Shown here piece by piece: positions 24,770-37,524 of a stretch of 64,000 bases of DNA. The stretch comes from Mustelus asterias. Taxonomy: Eukaryota. The notes beneath the pieces were generated by a model. The model saw only the letters and a list, made by a program, of their open reading frames with translations. It ran no database searches and was not told the DNA's origin. The DNA is taken from NCBI RefSeq assembly GCF_964213995.1, contig NC_135813.1, positions 41,354,001-41,418,000 of the forward strand. The letters are read 5' to 3'. Numbering within the stretch: the first letter of the stretch is position 1; every line of letters starts with the position of its first letter. The position numbers and the translations under genes are program-made.

Positions 24770-26650
24770 TTTTTTATTCATTCCATGGACATGAGCTTCG
24801 CTGGCTGGCCAGCCAGCATTTATTGCCCATTTCTAGTTGCCCTTGAGAAGGTGGTGGTGAGCTGCCTTCTTGAATCGCTGCAGTCCATGTTCTGTGGGTT
24901 GACCCACAATGCCATTAGGGAGGGGATTCCAGGATTTTGACCCAGCAACTGCGAAGGAACAGCGATATATTTCCAAGTCAGGATGGTGAGGGGCTTGGAG
25001 GGGAACTTCTAAGTGGTGGTGTTCCCATTTATGTGCTGCCTTTGTCCTTCTAGATGGAAGTGGTCGTGGGTTTGGAAGGTGCTGTCTAAGGATGTTTGGT
25101 GAATTGCTGCAGTGCATCTTGTAGATAATACACACTGCTGCTACTGAGCATCGGTGGTGGAGGGTTTGAATGTTTGTAGATGTGGTGCCAATCAAGCGGG
25201 CTGCTTTGTCCTGGATGGTGTCAAGCTTCTTGAGTGTTGTTGGAGCTGCACTCATCCAGGCAAGTGGGGAGTATTCCATCACACTCCTGACTTGTGCTTT
25301 GTAGATGGTGGATAGGTTCTGGGGAGTCAGGAAGTGAGTTACTTGCCACAATATTCCCAGCCTCTGACCTGCTCTTGTAGCCATTGTATTTATGTGGCGA
25401 GTCCAGTTGAGCTTCTGGTCAATGGTAACCCCAAGGATGATGACAGTGGGAGATTCAGTGATGATTACACCATTGAATGTCAAGGGGCAGTTGTTAGTGT
25501 GTCTCTTATTGGTGATGGTTATTGCCTGGCATTTGTGCGGCATGAATGATTTGATTTATCACATATATTGGCATACAGTGAAAAGATTGTTTCTTGCGTG
25601 CTATACAGACAGAGCATACTGTTCATAGAGAAGGAAAGGAGAGAGTGCAGAATGTAGTGTTACAGTCATAGCCAGGGTGTAGAGAAAGATCAACATAATG
25701 CAAGGTAAGTCCATTCAAAAGTCTGACGGCGGCAGGAAAGAAGCTGGTCTTGAGACGGTTGGTACGTGACCTCAGACTTTTGTATCTTTTTCCCAAAGGA
25801 AGAAGGTGGAAGAGAGAATGTCCGGGGTGCGTGGGGTCCTTAATTATGCTGGCTGCTTTGCCGAGGCAGCGGGAAGTGTAGACAGAGTCAATGGATGGGA
25901 GGCTGGTTTGCTTGATGGATTGGGCTACATTCACGACCTTTTGTAGTTCCTTGCAGTCTTGGGCAGAGCAGGATCCATACCAAGCTGTGATACAGCCAAA
26001 AAGAATGCTTTCTATGGTGCATCAGTAAAAGTTGGTGAGAGTCGTCACTTGCCACTTGCCAGCACAAACCTGGATATTGTCCAGATCCTGTTGCATTTGA
26101 ACATGGACTGCTTCAGTATCTGAGGAGTCATGAACGGTGCTGAACATTGTGCAATCATAGGCGAACATCCCCACTTCTGACCTTATGACGGAGGGAAGGT
26201 CATTGATGAAGCAGCTGAAGATTGTTGGGCCTGGGACACTACCCTGAGGGACTCCTGCAGAGATGTCCTGGAGCTGAGATGACTGACCCTCCACAACCAC
26301 AACCATCTTCCTATGTACCAGATATGACTCCAACCAGCAGAGAGTTTGCTCCCTGACATCCATTGATTCCAGTTTCGCTAGGGCTCCTTGATGCCACACT
26401 CGGTCAAATGCGGCCTTGATGTCAAGGGCTGTCACTCTCACCTCACCTCTGAAATTCAGCTCTTTCGTTCATGTTTGAACCAAGGCTGTAATGAGGTCAG
26501 GAGCTGAGTGACCCTGGCAAAACCCAAACTGGGCGTCACTGAGCAGCTATTGCTGAGCAGGTGCTGCTTGACAGCACTGTTGATAACTCCTTCCATCACT
26601 TTACTGATGATCAAGAGTAGACTGATTGGGCAGTAATTGGCCGGTTTTCC
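24770..26650 (-). mobile_element. LINE (L2/CR1-related clade, unassigned) RT and 3' end, interrupted by a Rex/Babar fragment
   Basis: ALDIKAAFDRVWH, GVPQGSV, MFAYD(D)CT (26022..26441); YKAQVRSVMEYSPLAW (24833..25543); ANYCPISLL (26456..26653). Confidence 0.9.
25548..26044 (-). mobile_element. Rex1/Babar LINE 3' fragment nested in the LINE above
   Basis: KAASIIKDPTHPGHSLFHLLPLGKRYKSLRSRTNRLKTSFFPAAVRLLN. Confidence 0.88.
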
Positions 26651-27277
26651 CACTTAACTTTCCAGAAAGGTTTTGCTGCCATTTCTGATGCCAGTCATCA
26701 GCAGTTTTTAAATGTAAACTGGCCCCAATTAAGCACCAACACACTTTGCACAATTTCCAAAGTTACCCCAACAGGTTATTCTTGCCAATCTATTCAGGTT
26801 TGACCTTTTGCCGTTAGCACTTTAAAGAGTTCTGCGTACATGATATAAGGGCAATTTACTTTTAATATCTCATCACTTAGTACCTTAATGGCAATTGTTG
26901 AGCGAGTTCTATTGGCATTCCAAATTCATTAAGTGTAACACAGAGAAACACTGCTGAAGCAGAGCCTCAGGTGCTGGGGGGATTTAGAAGCACCTGGCAA
27001 TATAGCCCAAATAAGGATCTATGCAGCAAGGTGGAGTACTGCACCTTGTACTCTGCAAAGAGGCTTCAACAGCGAGGAGCTAGAGTAGGAGAAATCCAAG
27101 TACAGTTAAGGGAGTTACCATTGTTAGGTACTGTACTCTCAGTGCAAAGAAACTTGGAGTGCTGGATGCAAACAACAGCACAGCTTTATTGAATAGCTGT
27201 TAACTCTACAAACGCTTGATCTGGACTGAGGCAAAGGCCACAAAGCACGTCTTGTCTCTTAAAGTGACATCACAACA

Positions 27278-27750
27278 CCCGAGGAATGAAGGGTTTGTCA
27301 TATGAGGAGCAGTTGAAGTAGCCGGGTCTACGCTCGATGGAGTTTCGAAGGATGAGGGGGAGATCTAATTGAAACTTACAGAATACTGAGAGGCCTAGAT
27401 AGAGTGGATGTGGACAAAATGTTTCCACTATTGGGAGAGACTAGAATTCAAAGGCACAACCTCAGAGTGAAGGGACGCTCCTTTAAAACTGAGATGAGGA
27501 ATGTCTTCAGCCAGAAAGTGATGGATCTCTGGAACGCATTGCCAGAGGGCTGTGGAGACCAGGTCATTGAGTGTCTTTAAGACAGAGATAGATGGGTTCT
27601 TGATCAATAAGGGGATCAAGGGTTACAGGGAGAAGGCAGGAGAATGGGGATGAGAGTCATATCAGCCATGATTGAATGGCGGCAAAGATTCGATGGGCCA
27701 AATGGCCTAATTCTACTCCTATATCTTATAGTCTTGGACTTATGGTCTTA
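27278..27750 (+). mobile_element. CR1 LINE 3' fragment
   Basis: gggtttgtcatatgaggag...gatctaattgaaacttaca...gatgggccaaatggcctaattctactcctatatcttat. Confidence 0.85.
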
Positions 27751-28457
27751 CAACAACAACCCAAATGTATAATAATAATCTGATGAAGCTGCAGAAGAGA
27801 ACCCGATGCTCTCTGAGAGGCACCCAGAAAAACCTTCATGTGGGAGTCCTCTCAATTGGGAAATGCAGCCATAAAATTTGTGAACATTTTTCATGGGAAT
27901 TTGACCCTTGATCCCCTTATTCTGGGCGCCTCTCAGTAACCTTGCTAAAAGATTTGGTGACCGTCATCACAGTTGCACCAAACTCATAACACACTTGGAA
28001 TTAATTGTTGCTACCTATTTTTCTAGATGAACGCCTACTCAGGAAGTGCAAAATCTTATGCGTGTGTCTCTAATGCATCTGTGTAAATCAGATGTCAATT
28101 TTAATGGCATGAGCATTACAATTAGGGAGGACACCTGCAAACTACCTTAACAGCTATCTGCCAGTACCTACAATCATGTTAATCATTGTTCTATAAAGGA
28201 TACATACATCTTGTACCTATGCATCAAAGTAATTGGGGCATCCAATAATCAAGACGCAATGCTGATTTGAACTTCAAAGAGACGTGTATCTTCTCAACAT
28301 GCTCTCCTCCTCCTCTCTCAGCAGGCAAAGACAAAAGTATCTCCTTTGAGAAAACACTTTAAATATGCCACAAATATCCCACAAAAATATAAATGTAAGC
28401 TATGAACCTCTATTTTAACTGCCACTTTCCCCACCATAATCCCGACAAAGGGCAGGA

Positions 28458-28860
28458 AACATCAAAAATAGCAGCAGGAGAAGGCCATTCAGCCCTTTGG
28501 ACCTACACTGCCATTTGATCTTCCACGCAATAGCCTGATCCTGCTTTCTCCCCTATCCTTTGATTCCCTTCACCCCAATTGCTATACCTAACTGCTTCTT
28601 GAAAACATACAATGTTTTGGCCTCAACTACTTTCTGTGGTAGCGAATTCCACAGGCTGAGCACTCTCTGGGTGAAGAAATTTCTCCTCATCTCTGTCCTA
28701 AACAGTCACCAGAGACTGTGATCTCTGGTTCTGGACACCCCCACCACCGGAACATCCTTCTTGCATGTACCCTGTCTGGCCCTGTTCGAAATTTACAGGT
28801 TTCTGAGAGATCCCTTCTCACTCGTCTAAACAGCGAACATAATCCTAATCGACTCAATCA
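28458..28860 (-). mobile_element. CR1 LINE 3' fragment
   Basis: agcaggagaaggccattcagccc...gaattccacaggc...ctctgggtgaagaaatttctcctc. Confidence 0.78.
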
Positions 28861-29344
28861 AAGGGGCTGGGGGAGCAGATATGCTCTTGAAAATTGCCAC
28901 CCCACCACCAACCTGCGCCACACCCATTTGCTGTTTTATTCCATTATTCACAGGTGTTGATCTAGGTCCTGGCCAAGTCTCTTGCTAAAGGCGAGTGGGA
29001 CTTACTTAACATGCAGTAATAATTGCACCAACGTCATCATGACATAACCTGTAGCAAGACAAGTGAGAGGTCTGCACTGTAAGCTGACACGCGGCAGCAG
29101 AATCACTGTCGGGAGGAGCCAAGGTAAGTTTTAAAAATTTGCCGTAGTTTGAATTCCTGATGGGCCAGGAGGAGCTTTGGAGCCAGATCCTTGGGCAACC
29201 CCAGCCCTAGAAATCCCCAAATCCCTCTTTGCCTTCCCTTCCAACTGCCTCCAGATCTGACCGCTCCTCTTGTAGCCTCTTGCCACCAAATTCCCACTCT
29301 GGTCAAGTAGCGACATTAGGCCGCAGCTCAGGCAGGAGAGGACC

Positions 29345-29512
29345 TTTATATTAGAGGAATTTGGATGGGTACATGAATAGGGAGGGAATAGAGGGATACA
29401 GACCGAGTAAGGGCAAAAGGTTGTTTTTTTTTACTTTACTTCGGGCATCATGATCGGCACAGGCTTGGAGGGCCGAAGGGCCTGTTCCTGTGCAGTATTG
29501 TTCCTTGTTCTT
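29345..29512 (+). mobile_element. CR1 3' tail fragment (similar fragment at ~55420-55580)
   Basis: ggcacaggcttggagggccgaagggcctgttcctgtgc, matching the tail at 18670-18720. Confidence 0.8.
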
Positions 29513-29770
29513 TAAGTGAGGCCCAACTGCTTAGCTCAACAGAGCCACCATGTCTCATAACTCACTGGGCAACCCAATATGCATCACTTCCCCCATCCCT
29601 GCAAAGAACAAGACCATAGAGTAACAATGTAACTTGAAACAAAATGGTGTTTACTTCTTGTGCCACTTCTAACAGATTTGCATTGGTGTGTATTCGGATG
29701 CAGTTAAGTTACCACACAGATTGTTGCGACATATATTAATTAACCTTAGAAAAGCAGCCTCTTGCCCTAC

Positions 29771-29876
29771 CTGTGCAGTTCTCCTCACTGCAATCTTCCG
29801 CACCATTGGGGCAACCTTTGTACTGAAGGACGCTGGGATGGATTTGAGCACGTTGCCAAATGTCAGCCCTCCATAC
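29771..29876 (-). CDS. ABCA2: ABCA2 exon (106 nt): [35 protein letters not shown]
   Basis: Overlaps ORF 29669..29851; acceptor tctcAG at 29878-29877, donor GTAGGG at 29770; phase 2/0. Confidence 0.95.
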
Positions 29877-31373
29877 CTGAGAAAATCAGAATAAATTCAA
29901 TAGAAACTTGGATGTACAAGGGAATTCCGCCCAATGAGTACACACAAAAACAATCAATGCAGATGATTAGAGCACAGGAGTTGATGGGACTCACATTCAA
30001 GGTGGTCGAAGATTCAATAGTAAATGTATCACAGTGTTCTTTTAATTATTGGAATGTTCCTGAGCTCTCTCACTCTCTCATTCCTTAATCACTAAATCAC
30101 GCTGGTTGTTGAGGAACAGTTCCTTCTCTTCTCTAGGGAGAATCTTTGATTTGAGGGTCACCGAAACATGTCTTATGCTATGATTTTACCAAAGTGCAGG
30201 TGAGGAGACATATCCCAAAGTCTGCCTCAGCTGGAACTGGGATCGAACCCCATGCTGCTGACATTAATCTGACCCATGCACTAGTCTCTAACTGCGTAAC
30301 CCTCCCCCCCTCTCTTTCAACATTGAATATGTCAACATTTAGTTCTTTGTTCTTTGTAAATGCACGGGGTTATGGGGATAAGGCCTGGGTGGGTTTGTAG
30401 TCGGTGCAGACTCGATGGGCCGAATGGCCTCCTTCTGCACTGTAGGGATTCTATGATTCTATGAATAAGCAAAAAAAAACCATCTCGAGGTTTGTAAAGA
30501 TTTCGGAAATAGAACGAGCACTTGCTTTTCAATCAACCCAACATAAACAGTCATCAGGACAAAAATAGCTCCATTCAATCCCTGATCACCAATTCATTCA
30601 ACAACATTAACCTTGAATTTGTGTTTCAGGCAGAGGAGAATTAAGCTTAGACAAAGAACGAATGAGTTTTTCGAATACAGCAATGTACCATCTCCTCAGC
30701 AAGTCCCGAATTACTTCCCTAATAATGAAGTATTGTTGAAATCCAGTCACTTGTTATGTAAGCAAACGCAAACACCACTGTGCACAAAGCAAGATTCCAT
30801 AAGCAGTGATTGATGGTGCCAATTTGAGGGAGAAAAATGAGCCAGGACATCATGAGGGCTCCCTATTCTTGGCGGGGTGGTACTTTGGGATCATGACTAT
30901 CCACCTGAACGGATGGTGAACAATGGTTCACTGCATCAGCCAAAAGATAGAACTTCAGCAATGTAACACTCTCTCAGCGTAGCAGTGAAGTATCAACATA
31001 GACTGTGCTCAACACTCGCAGGGAGACTTGAAGCCACAACCTTCCAATTTAGAGGCCCGAATGCTAACAGCTGAGCTAAACTAATACCAAATAATGCGGA
31101 AACTGAAGCCTGCCTTAAATATCCAAAGGGGATCATTAAAGTTGCCTCTCTATCCAGCAGGCTCACAGGCCACATTTGGCATCAGCTGAGCATTAATTCT
31201 TTATCGGTCTCATTATCCCTCGTTGCAGGTATGGAAGCATTAATAAATTAAATTTAATATCTGTTGTTCTAAACTTGGAAACTCACTGCTGTGCTCTTTC
31301 TAAATCAAGTGCTTTAAGTTGGAATCCACCCAGAACGACTCCCTGTCTCCTGCTCAGACTCATTATTATTATG

Positions 31374-31672
31374 GGGCGGCACAGTGGCACAGTGGTTAGC
31401 ACTGCTGCCTCACAGTGCCAGGGACCCAGGTTTGCTTCCTGGCTTGGGTCACTGTCTGTGTGGAGTTTGCACGTTCTCCCTGTGTCTGCGTGGGTTTCCT
31501 CCAGGTGCTCCGGTTTCCTTCCACAGTTCGAAAGATGTGCTGTATAGGTGCATTGGCCATGCTCAGTGTACCCGAACTGGCGTCAGAGTGTGGCGACTAG
31601 GGGATTTTCACAGTAACTTCATTGCAGTGTTAATGTAAGCCTACTTGTGACACTAATAAATAAACTTAAAAC
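31374..31672 (+). mobile_element. V-SINE type B
   Basis: Head, V-domain and type B tail ending gtgacactaataaataaactt. Confidence 0.88.
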
Positions 31673-31749
31673 TTTTTTTAAAAACTATCACTCGATTCCA
31701 AATGAAATAGCACTCTTCATGTTTCAGATCCATCTGTGATCTCCAAGAT

Positions 31750-32150
31750 CGCAGAGTCGCTGAGCAGAAACTGATAGCCAAGTTCCGCACACACGAGGAC
31801 GGCCTCAACCGGGATATTGGGTTCATGTCACACTATTTGTAACCCCCACAGTTGCCTGGGCCTGCAGAGTTTCACTGGCTGTCTTGTCTGGAGACAATAC
31901 ACATCTTTTTAGCCTGTCTTGATGCTCTCTCCACTCACGTTGTTTTGTTTCTTGAAGACTTGATTAGTTGTAAGTATTCGCATTCCAACCATTATTCATG
32001 CAAATTGAGTTTGTGTCTTTATATGCTCTGTTTGTGAACAGAATTCCCACTCACCTGAAGAAGGGGCTTGGAGCTCCGAAAGCTTGTGTGGCTTTTGCTA
32101 CCAAATAAACCTGTTGGACTTTAACCTGGTGTTGTTAAACTTCTTACTGT
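31750..32150 (+). mobile_element. Penelope-like element, 5'-truncated, with 11-bp TSD
   Basis: Encodes RRVAEQKLIAKFRTHEDGLNRDIGFMSHYL* (31750-31842; PLE GIY-YIG C-terminus); ATCTCCAAGAT at 31739-31749 and 32151-32161. Confidence 0.88.
32047..32091 (+). ncRNA. Minimal type I hammerhead ribozyme motif in the Penelope terminal repeat
   Basis: cac-CTGAAGA-a-GGGGC-ttgga-GCTCC-GAAA-gc-TT-gtg: both core boxes, 5-bp helix II, helix I cac/gtg, and palindromic AAGCTT in place of helix III. Confidence 0.78.
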
Positions 32151-33039
32151 ATCTCCAAGATGTCCAGCCTTCCTGGAATTACTGCTTTCATTGCATTCCA
32201 TGCTCAATGCCACCTGTCACCATGAGCACCTTCACAAACTCTGTCTTCAGGAGCACCAACTCACTCTAACACAAAGATGTCCACATTTGCAGCTCCTTTT
32301 AGTCCTTTGCTTCATCTGGTGCTTCAACATTTTCCTTCTTGGTGTCAAAGAATACCACAAGCTTCAACAATCCTTGGGATACCAAAACCCCTCCGCATCC
32401 TTCTTTCCTTTCACTTTTATCTGACCCATCCCTTCTTCCAATATTACTCCATTGATGCGTTTTCACTTTCCCCTCTGAACCCGAATGATTCGTCCTCAGC
32501 AAGAGCCTCGGTTACACCCCCACCTCAATGAATTTCAAAATTCGCACAGTGCAGATGTCTTCTTCAGCCACCCTCTTTGGCCTGGAGTCCTCTCCCCGCA
32601 GAGCGAATTCTTTCACCTGTCTCCAGTATTCCCTTCCCACCTGCACCCTTTGCTCTGGCCCCTCCCCCTCTCTAGATCTCTTCATTGCGTGTTGCTGGTG
32701 TGACCTCGACTGCCTCAGTTTCTCTGCTCTCTTCATTCACTCTAAACAATCTTCCTCTCAGCATGCTGCAGTCGGGTCTGTCAGGTCCAACCCTAACATC
32801 ATCAAACTGTTTAGAGCACAGCTGATGTTAAATGCTCAGATATTCCAAATCCAGGTATTTCCGGAAGGGAAACTTGAAACACCTGCTCTCAATTATATTT
32901 TTTGAAATTTAGTATAACGTGAGGCTCACCTCAGAGAAAGATGTTTCAGGTGCCTTTAGTTTCCTGGCCCCTAACCATTTCCTTTTTGTTAGAGCTGTGT
33001 AACCTCGATATCTAAATCCCCCATGAGGACAGTCTGAGA

Positions 33040-34540
33040 ACTCTCTATGTCTTCTTTCAGCGGAGTCCTCAACCACCACCATCCTCCTTCACCGAATTAA
33101 AAGTTGTTGCTCTGGGAATCCGTATGGATCCAGCTATTTGTGTCTTTCCATGAGATATGTTGAATATTGATACATTGAGAACTGTACTGGTTTCTACTTT
33201 TGCTCCTGAACTCAAAAACAACATCAATTTTGCTTAAAATTTCCAACCTTCCCTTGACATCACATGGCTCACCTCTGGCTCTTCCTTTCCCATTACCTAT
33301 CTCTATCTCTGGGATTAGACTAATAACTAATATTCACTGTAAGAGCGCTGGCTCCCACAATAACCTTCAATGCATGTCCTCCCACCCCGACTCCTGTAAG
33401 GACTCTATTCCCTTCTCCAACTTTCTCTGTCACATACTGACAATTCTAACTTCAATTCCGATGCTTCCGATATGGGCTTCCTATTTCCTCCAAGGATTCC
33501 CCCACCACAGTGGTAGGCAGTGCCCTTGAGTGGATCCATTCCATTTCTCACACTTGCCCTCCCTCCCAGATCCGTCGGAAGGTTTGTTTTTGCCTAACCT
33601 TCCACCCCATCAGCCTCCACATTAAACAGATCATCTTCTGCCATCTCCAGCGTGATGTTGTCACCAAACGCATCAACTTCTCCCTTTCAGCATCCCATTC
33701 CCTCCTGATACTCTTGTCCACTCCTCAGTCACCCCTAAGCCACCCTTCCCCTTCCCATGGCACTTTTCCAAGCAAGCATAGCTATCTCCTATCCTTTTCC
33801 TCTTGCGAATGCTTTATCTGGGAGCAAACGCTAAATTGCATGACAGATTTTGTTGAAAACCTTGACTCAATCCACAAGCATGGCACTGAGCTTCTGTAAT
33901 GTTAATTCTCCGTCCCACTCTGACCTCAGCCTTCTACACTGTTCAGACCCGAGGAACGGCATTTCATCCTTCAATGATTGTCCAAAGATGTGCAGGTTGG
34001 GTTGGCTGGCCATGCTGAATTGCCCATAGTGTCCCAGGATGTATAGGTTAGTGGGGTTAGTGGGGTAAATGTGTGGGATGGTGGGGATAGGTTCTGGGGT
34101 GCGATTGTTGTCAGTGCGGACTTTATGGGCCGAGTGGCCTCATTTTGTCGGATTTCTATGAATTGGCCATTTAACAGCCTACCAGACTCAACACTGAGTT
34201 CAACAATTTCAGATCATTCTTCGAGTAGGCAGCTGTTGGCAATGATTCCCATTCACACCTCCTGTGGGCACATCTCTTGTTTCTTTCCCCTTTTGCTTTG
34301 TGCCATTGTCACGTCTGCCATTTAATCTCTGCTGCCTTCCACCCTATCGCAGCTCTTCCCTCTTGCTCTTCCTCCTCCCCTCTTTCCATGTTTCCATACT
34401 TGCTTCAAATCCATCACATCCCTAACCTTTCCCAGTTCTGAGACAAGGTTATTGACCTGAAACGTTAACTAAGTTTCTCCCTTGACAGATGCTGCCTGAC
34501 TTGCTGGGTATTTCCAGCATTTTCTGTTATTATTTCTCTG
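33040..34540 (+). mobile_element. Degenerate Penelope-like element (RT and endonuclease relics, terminal repeat) with an HE1 fragment at ~33980-34160
   Basis: gttgctctgggaatccgtatggatccagctatttgtgtctttccatgagatatgttgaa resembles GVAMGTRMGPSYACLFMGYVE; CKDSIPFSNFL; terminal aggttattgacctgaaacgttaact...gatgctgcctgacttgctg. Confidence 0.72.
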
Positions 34541-34985
34541 CACAGAGAATCTCAGCCAAGAGTAAAATAGTGTCATCACGTTGTGTAACATCATCATATC
34601 AGTGTCTCTTTCAAGAAAAATATTGAGATACATTTTCAATTAAAATAGAGAAACTATTAGGAAAAGAATGTCCCTCCTCTGTACCTGGTAATTAGAGAGA
34701 AAATAGTTGAAAATAGAATGAGGAATTAATGCGAACTAAATTCAGGAAGACAGAAAGAGAGTATTATAATCATTATCATCTGTCATGCAGCAAGTAGAAA
34801 GAATAATCAGATCTCACTGGAATGAGGCCTAATGAGACACTAGTTACATTTTTTGATTGGCAGAGAAGTAGAATATTCTACCTCTGCAATTTTACTGAAA
34901 TAATATATTCCAATTCTGCAAAATCACTAAACCACACAGTTGGGTGAGAGTTTTCTTTCTGCAGATGCACAATATACTAGCTGTT

Positions 34986-35300
34986 CATAGAATCACTCCA
35001 GTGCAGAAAGAGGCCATTCAGCACATCAAGTCTGTACCGACCACAATCCCACCCAGGCCCTATTCCCATAATCCTCATTTACCCTGCTAATCTTCCTGGC
35101 ACTATGGTGCAATTTAGCATGGCCAATCAACCTAACCCACACATCTTTGGACTGTGGGAAGTAACCGGAGCACCTGGAGGAAACCCATGCAGACACGGAG
35201 AGTATGTGCAAACTCCACACAGACAGTGACCCGAGGCCGGAATTGAACCTGGGTCCCTGGCACTCTGAGGCAGCAGTGCTAACCACTGTGCCACAGTACC
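34986..35300 (-). mobile_element. HE1-type V-SINE (type A)
   Basis: Reverse consensus. Confidence 0.88.
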
Positions 35301-35679
35301 ACCCTGTTTGGTCTCATTATTTCAAATCAAATGATCAATGTTTTGAATGGAATATAATTTTATCACTGAGGAATGGAGGTACCATGCCATCAGTTAAGGC
35401 CCCTACGTTGGCAATTGACAGCCATCTAAGGGCCTCACTCTGGCATTAGGCTGGATCTCTGGACCAATAGTCCAGTGAAAATACCACTATGCCATCACCC
35501 CCCTCTCCCTGACGGAGGAATGTTGATTTATCGTAATTGTTTCTTGCAGTTGATGGAACACAGAGGATGGGCAATAAATATTGGTCCAGCCAGAGACTCC
35601 CACATCCCATGAAACAAATTAAAAGAGACAATTGTAAGTTGTATAGTTGGGGCATAGAAAGACTAAATTAGTGCGGAAA

Positions 35680-36575
35680 ACTGGCAGAGTTGACAATCTG
35701 TGAGGTTATCCAATTAGGGTTCAAGAGAGACGAACTGGAATAATTTCTTAATGGGAAAAAACTAGAAACCTTGCAGGAACGAAATGAATTTTGCATTGAT
35801 GTACACAAATCACTGAAAGTTGATGTAAAGGTAAAAGAAAAAGTCAAATGGAATGATGGTCTTTATCTCAAAAGAGTTGGAACATAAAATGAAGTGATGT
35901 GTCAATTGTACAGAGCTTTGGTCAGAACCCATCTGGAGCACTGCACTCAGTTTTGTAAAGATATACTGGCCTTGGACAGGGGTAGAGGATAGATCCACCA
36001 GAATCATATCAACGTTTGAAGGCTTATAGTGTAAGGTAACGTTACATAAATTTGAATTATTCAAATTCACGTTGAATTTAAAAGGTTGAGGTATTCAAAA
36101 TGATAAAATAGATTTGATGGAGCAGATTGACTTGAGGAAGGATGTGAAGACTTTGGAGCGGGCACAGAAGAGATTTACTCAAATGGTCCCAGGGATGAGG
36201 AATTACAGTGATGTGGATTTACTGGAGAAGCTGAGGTTGTTCCCCTTAGAGTAGAGAAAGCTAGCTGGAAATTCAATAGAAATGTTCAAAATCCTAAAGA
36301 TTGTAGGCAGAGTAAATAAAGAGAAATGGTGTCAAATGGCTGAAGGATGAATAAGCAGAGGGTACTGATTTAAGACAATTAGCAAAAGAACAAGAAACAA
36401 CAGGAGGCAAAACGAGTGGTTGGGACTTGGCACTGCCTGACGGAAACAGATTCAACTGCAGGGTTTTGAGGAAAGAGTGGGAGATGGGAACTAAATGGAT
36501 TGCTCTATGAAAAAGCGAGGGCATACTCAATGGGCCAAATGGCCTTGTTCTGTATTGTCACATTCTATGACTCTA
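35680..36575 (+). mobile_element. Old CR1 fragments
   Basis: ttgtacagagctttggtcagaacccatctggagcactg (LYRALVRTHLEHC); tail atgggccaaatggccttgttctgt. Confidence 0.7.
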
Positions 36576-37029
36576 TGTTACTGAGAAACTATTTCCTTTG
36601 CGGGGCATATCTAGAATGGGATAAGGGTGAAGGTATGACGCTAACAGAACATTGCCAAATTGTGTAGATTGTTGGACCTTGTGCCATGTGGATCCGGATG
36701 GAGCATTGCTATTTGGGGTGAGTATCAGCAGCTCCATGGTCTCTGTGTACATGATTTTCTATTTATGCTGCAGTAACAGCTGGATTGTTGTGCAACTTTA
36801 GGGCCATGTATTCAGATCTGTCTTGAGCTGTAATCAAACTGTGCAAGTATACTTCACTGGGAAACACTGCAATTGGCAAGGAGGGTTTATGTTCTTCCAT
36901 CTTATCTTGGTAAGCCGGATTCAAACCCAGACATTAGTGGACCCCATTCTAACTCACCAGGTCATCCTGTCCAAGATACAAGTTGAATTATTCTATGGGA
37001 GCAATCATCGAGTCCAACAGCTAAACCAA

Positions 37030-37250
37030 CCAAAGCAGAAAATGCTGCAAAATCTCAGCAGGTCAGACAGCATCTGTGGGGAGAGAACAGAGCCAATGTT
37101 GAGAGTCTAGATGACCCTCTGCCGTTCTAACGAAGGGTTATCTAAACGCTGGCTCTATTCTCTCCCCACAAATGCTGTCAGACCTGCTGAGATTTTCCAG
37201 TATTTTCTGTTTTTGTTTCAGATTCCAGCATCCGCAGTGATTTGCTTTTA
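37030..37250. repeat. Palindromic (inverted) Penelope terminal-repeat doublet
   Basis: cagaaaatgctgcaaaatctcagcaggtcagacagcatctgtggggagagaa pairs with ttctctccccacaaatgctgtcagacctgctgagattttccagtattttctg. Confidence 0.85.
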
Positions 37251-37310
37251 GCTAAACCAACTATCCACTGCTGCAAATCGATAAGTGCTCAGATGTGCGA
37301 GTCTACAAAC

Positions 37311-37524
37311 CTGTGAAGTCTGAAGCGATCGGAAGTGTGCAGAATGTACTCGGAAACATTGCGGCCTGTAATGTCCACCAGAATGTCGCCCGTCACTACT
37401 TTCTTCTGTGGTGGGTGACCTCCGACCCCACTTGGACAGGAGAACCCTGTTCCTTGCATTGAGCAACTGCATCGAACTGGTTCATGAATGGGACGTGGGG
37501 CTGAAGGAGACGACGTGACTGTTT
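37311..37524 (-). CDS. ABCA2: ABCA2 exon (214 nt): (E)[70 protein letters not shown](R)
   Basis: Translated by hand; acceptor tttcAG at 37526-37525, donor GTTTGT at 37310; phase 1/2. Confidence 0.95.
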
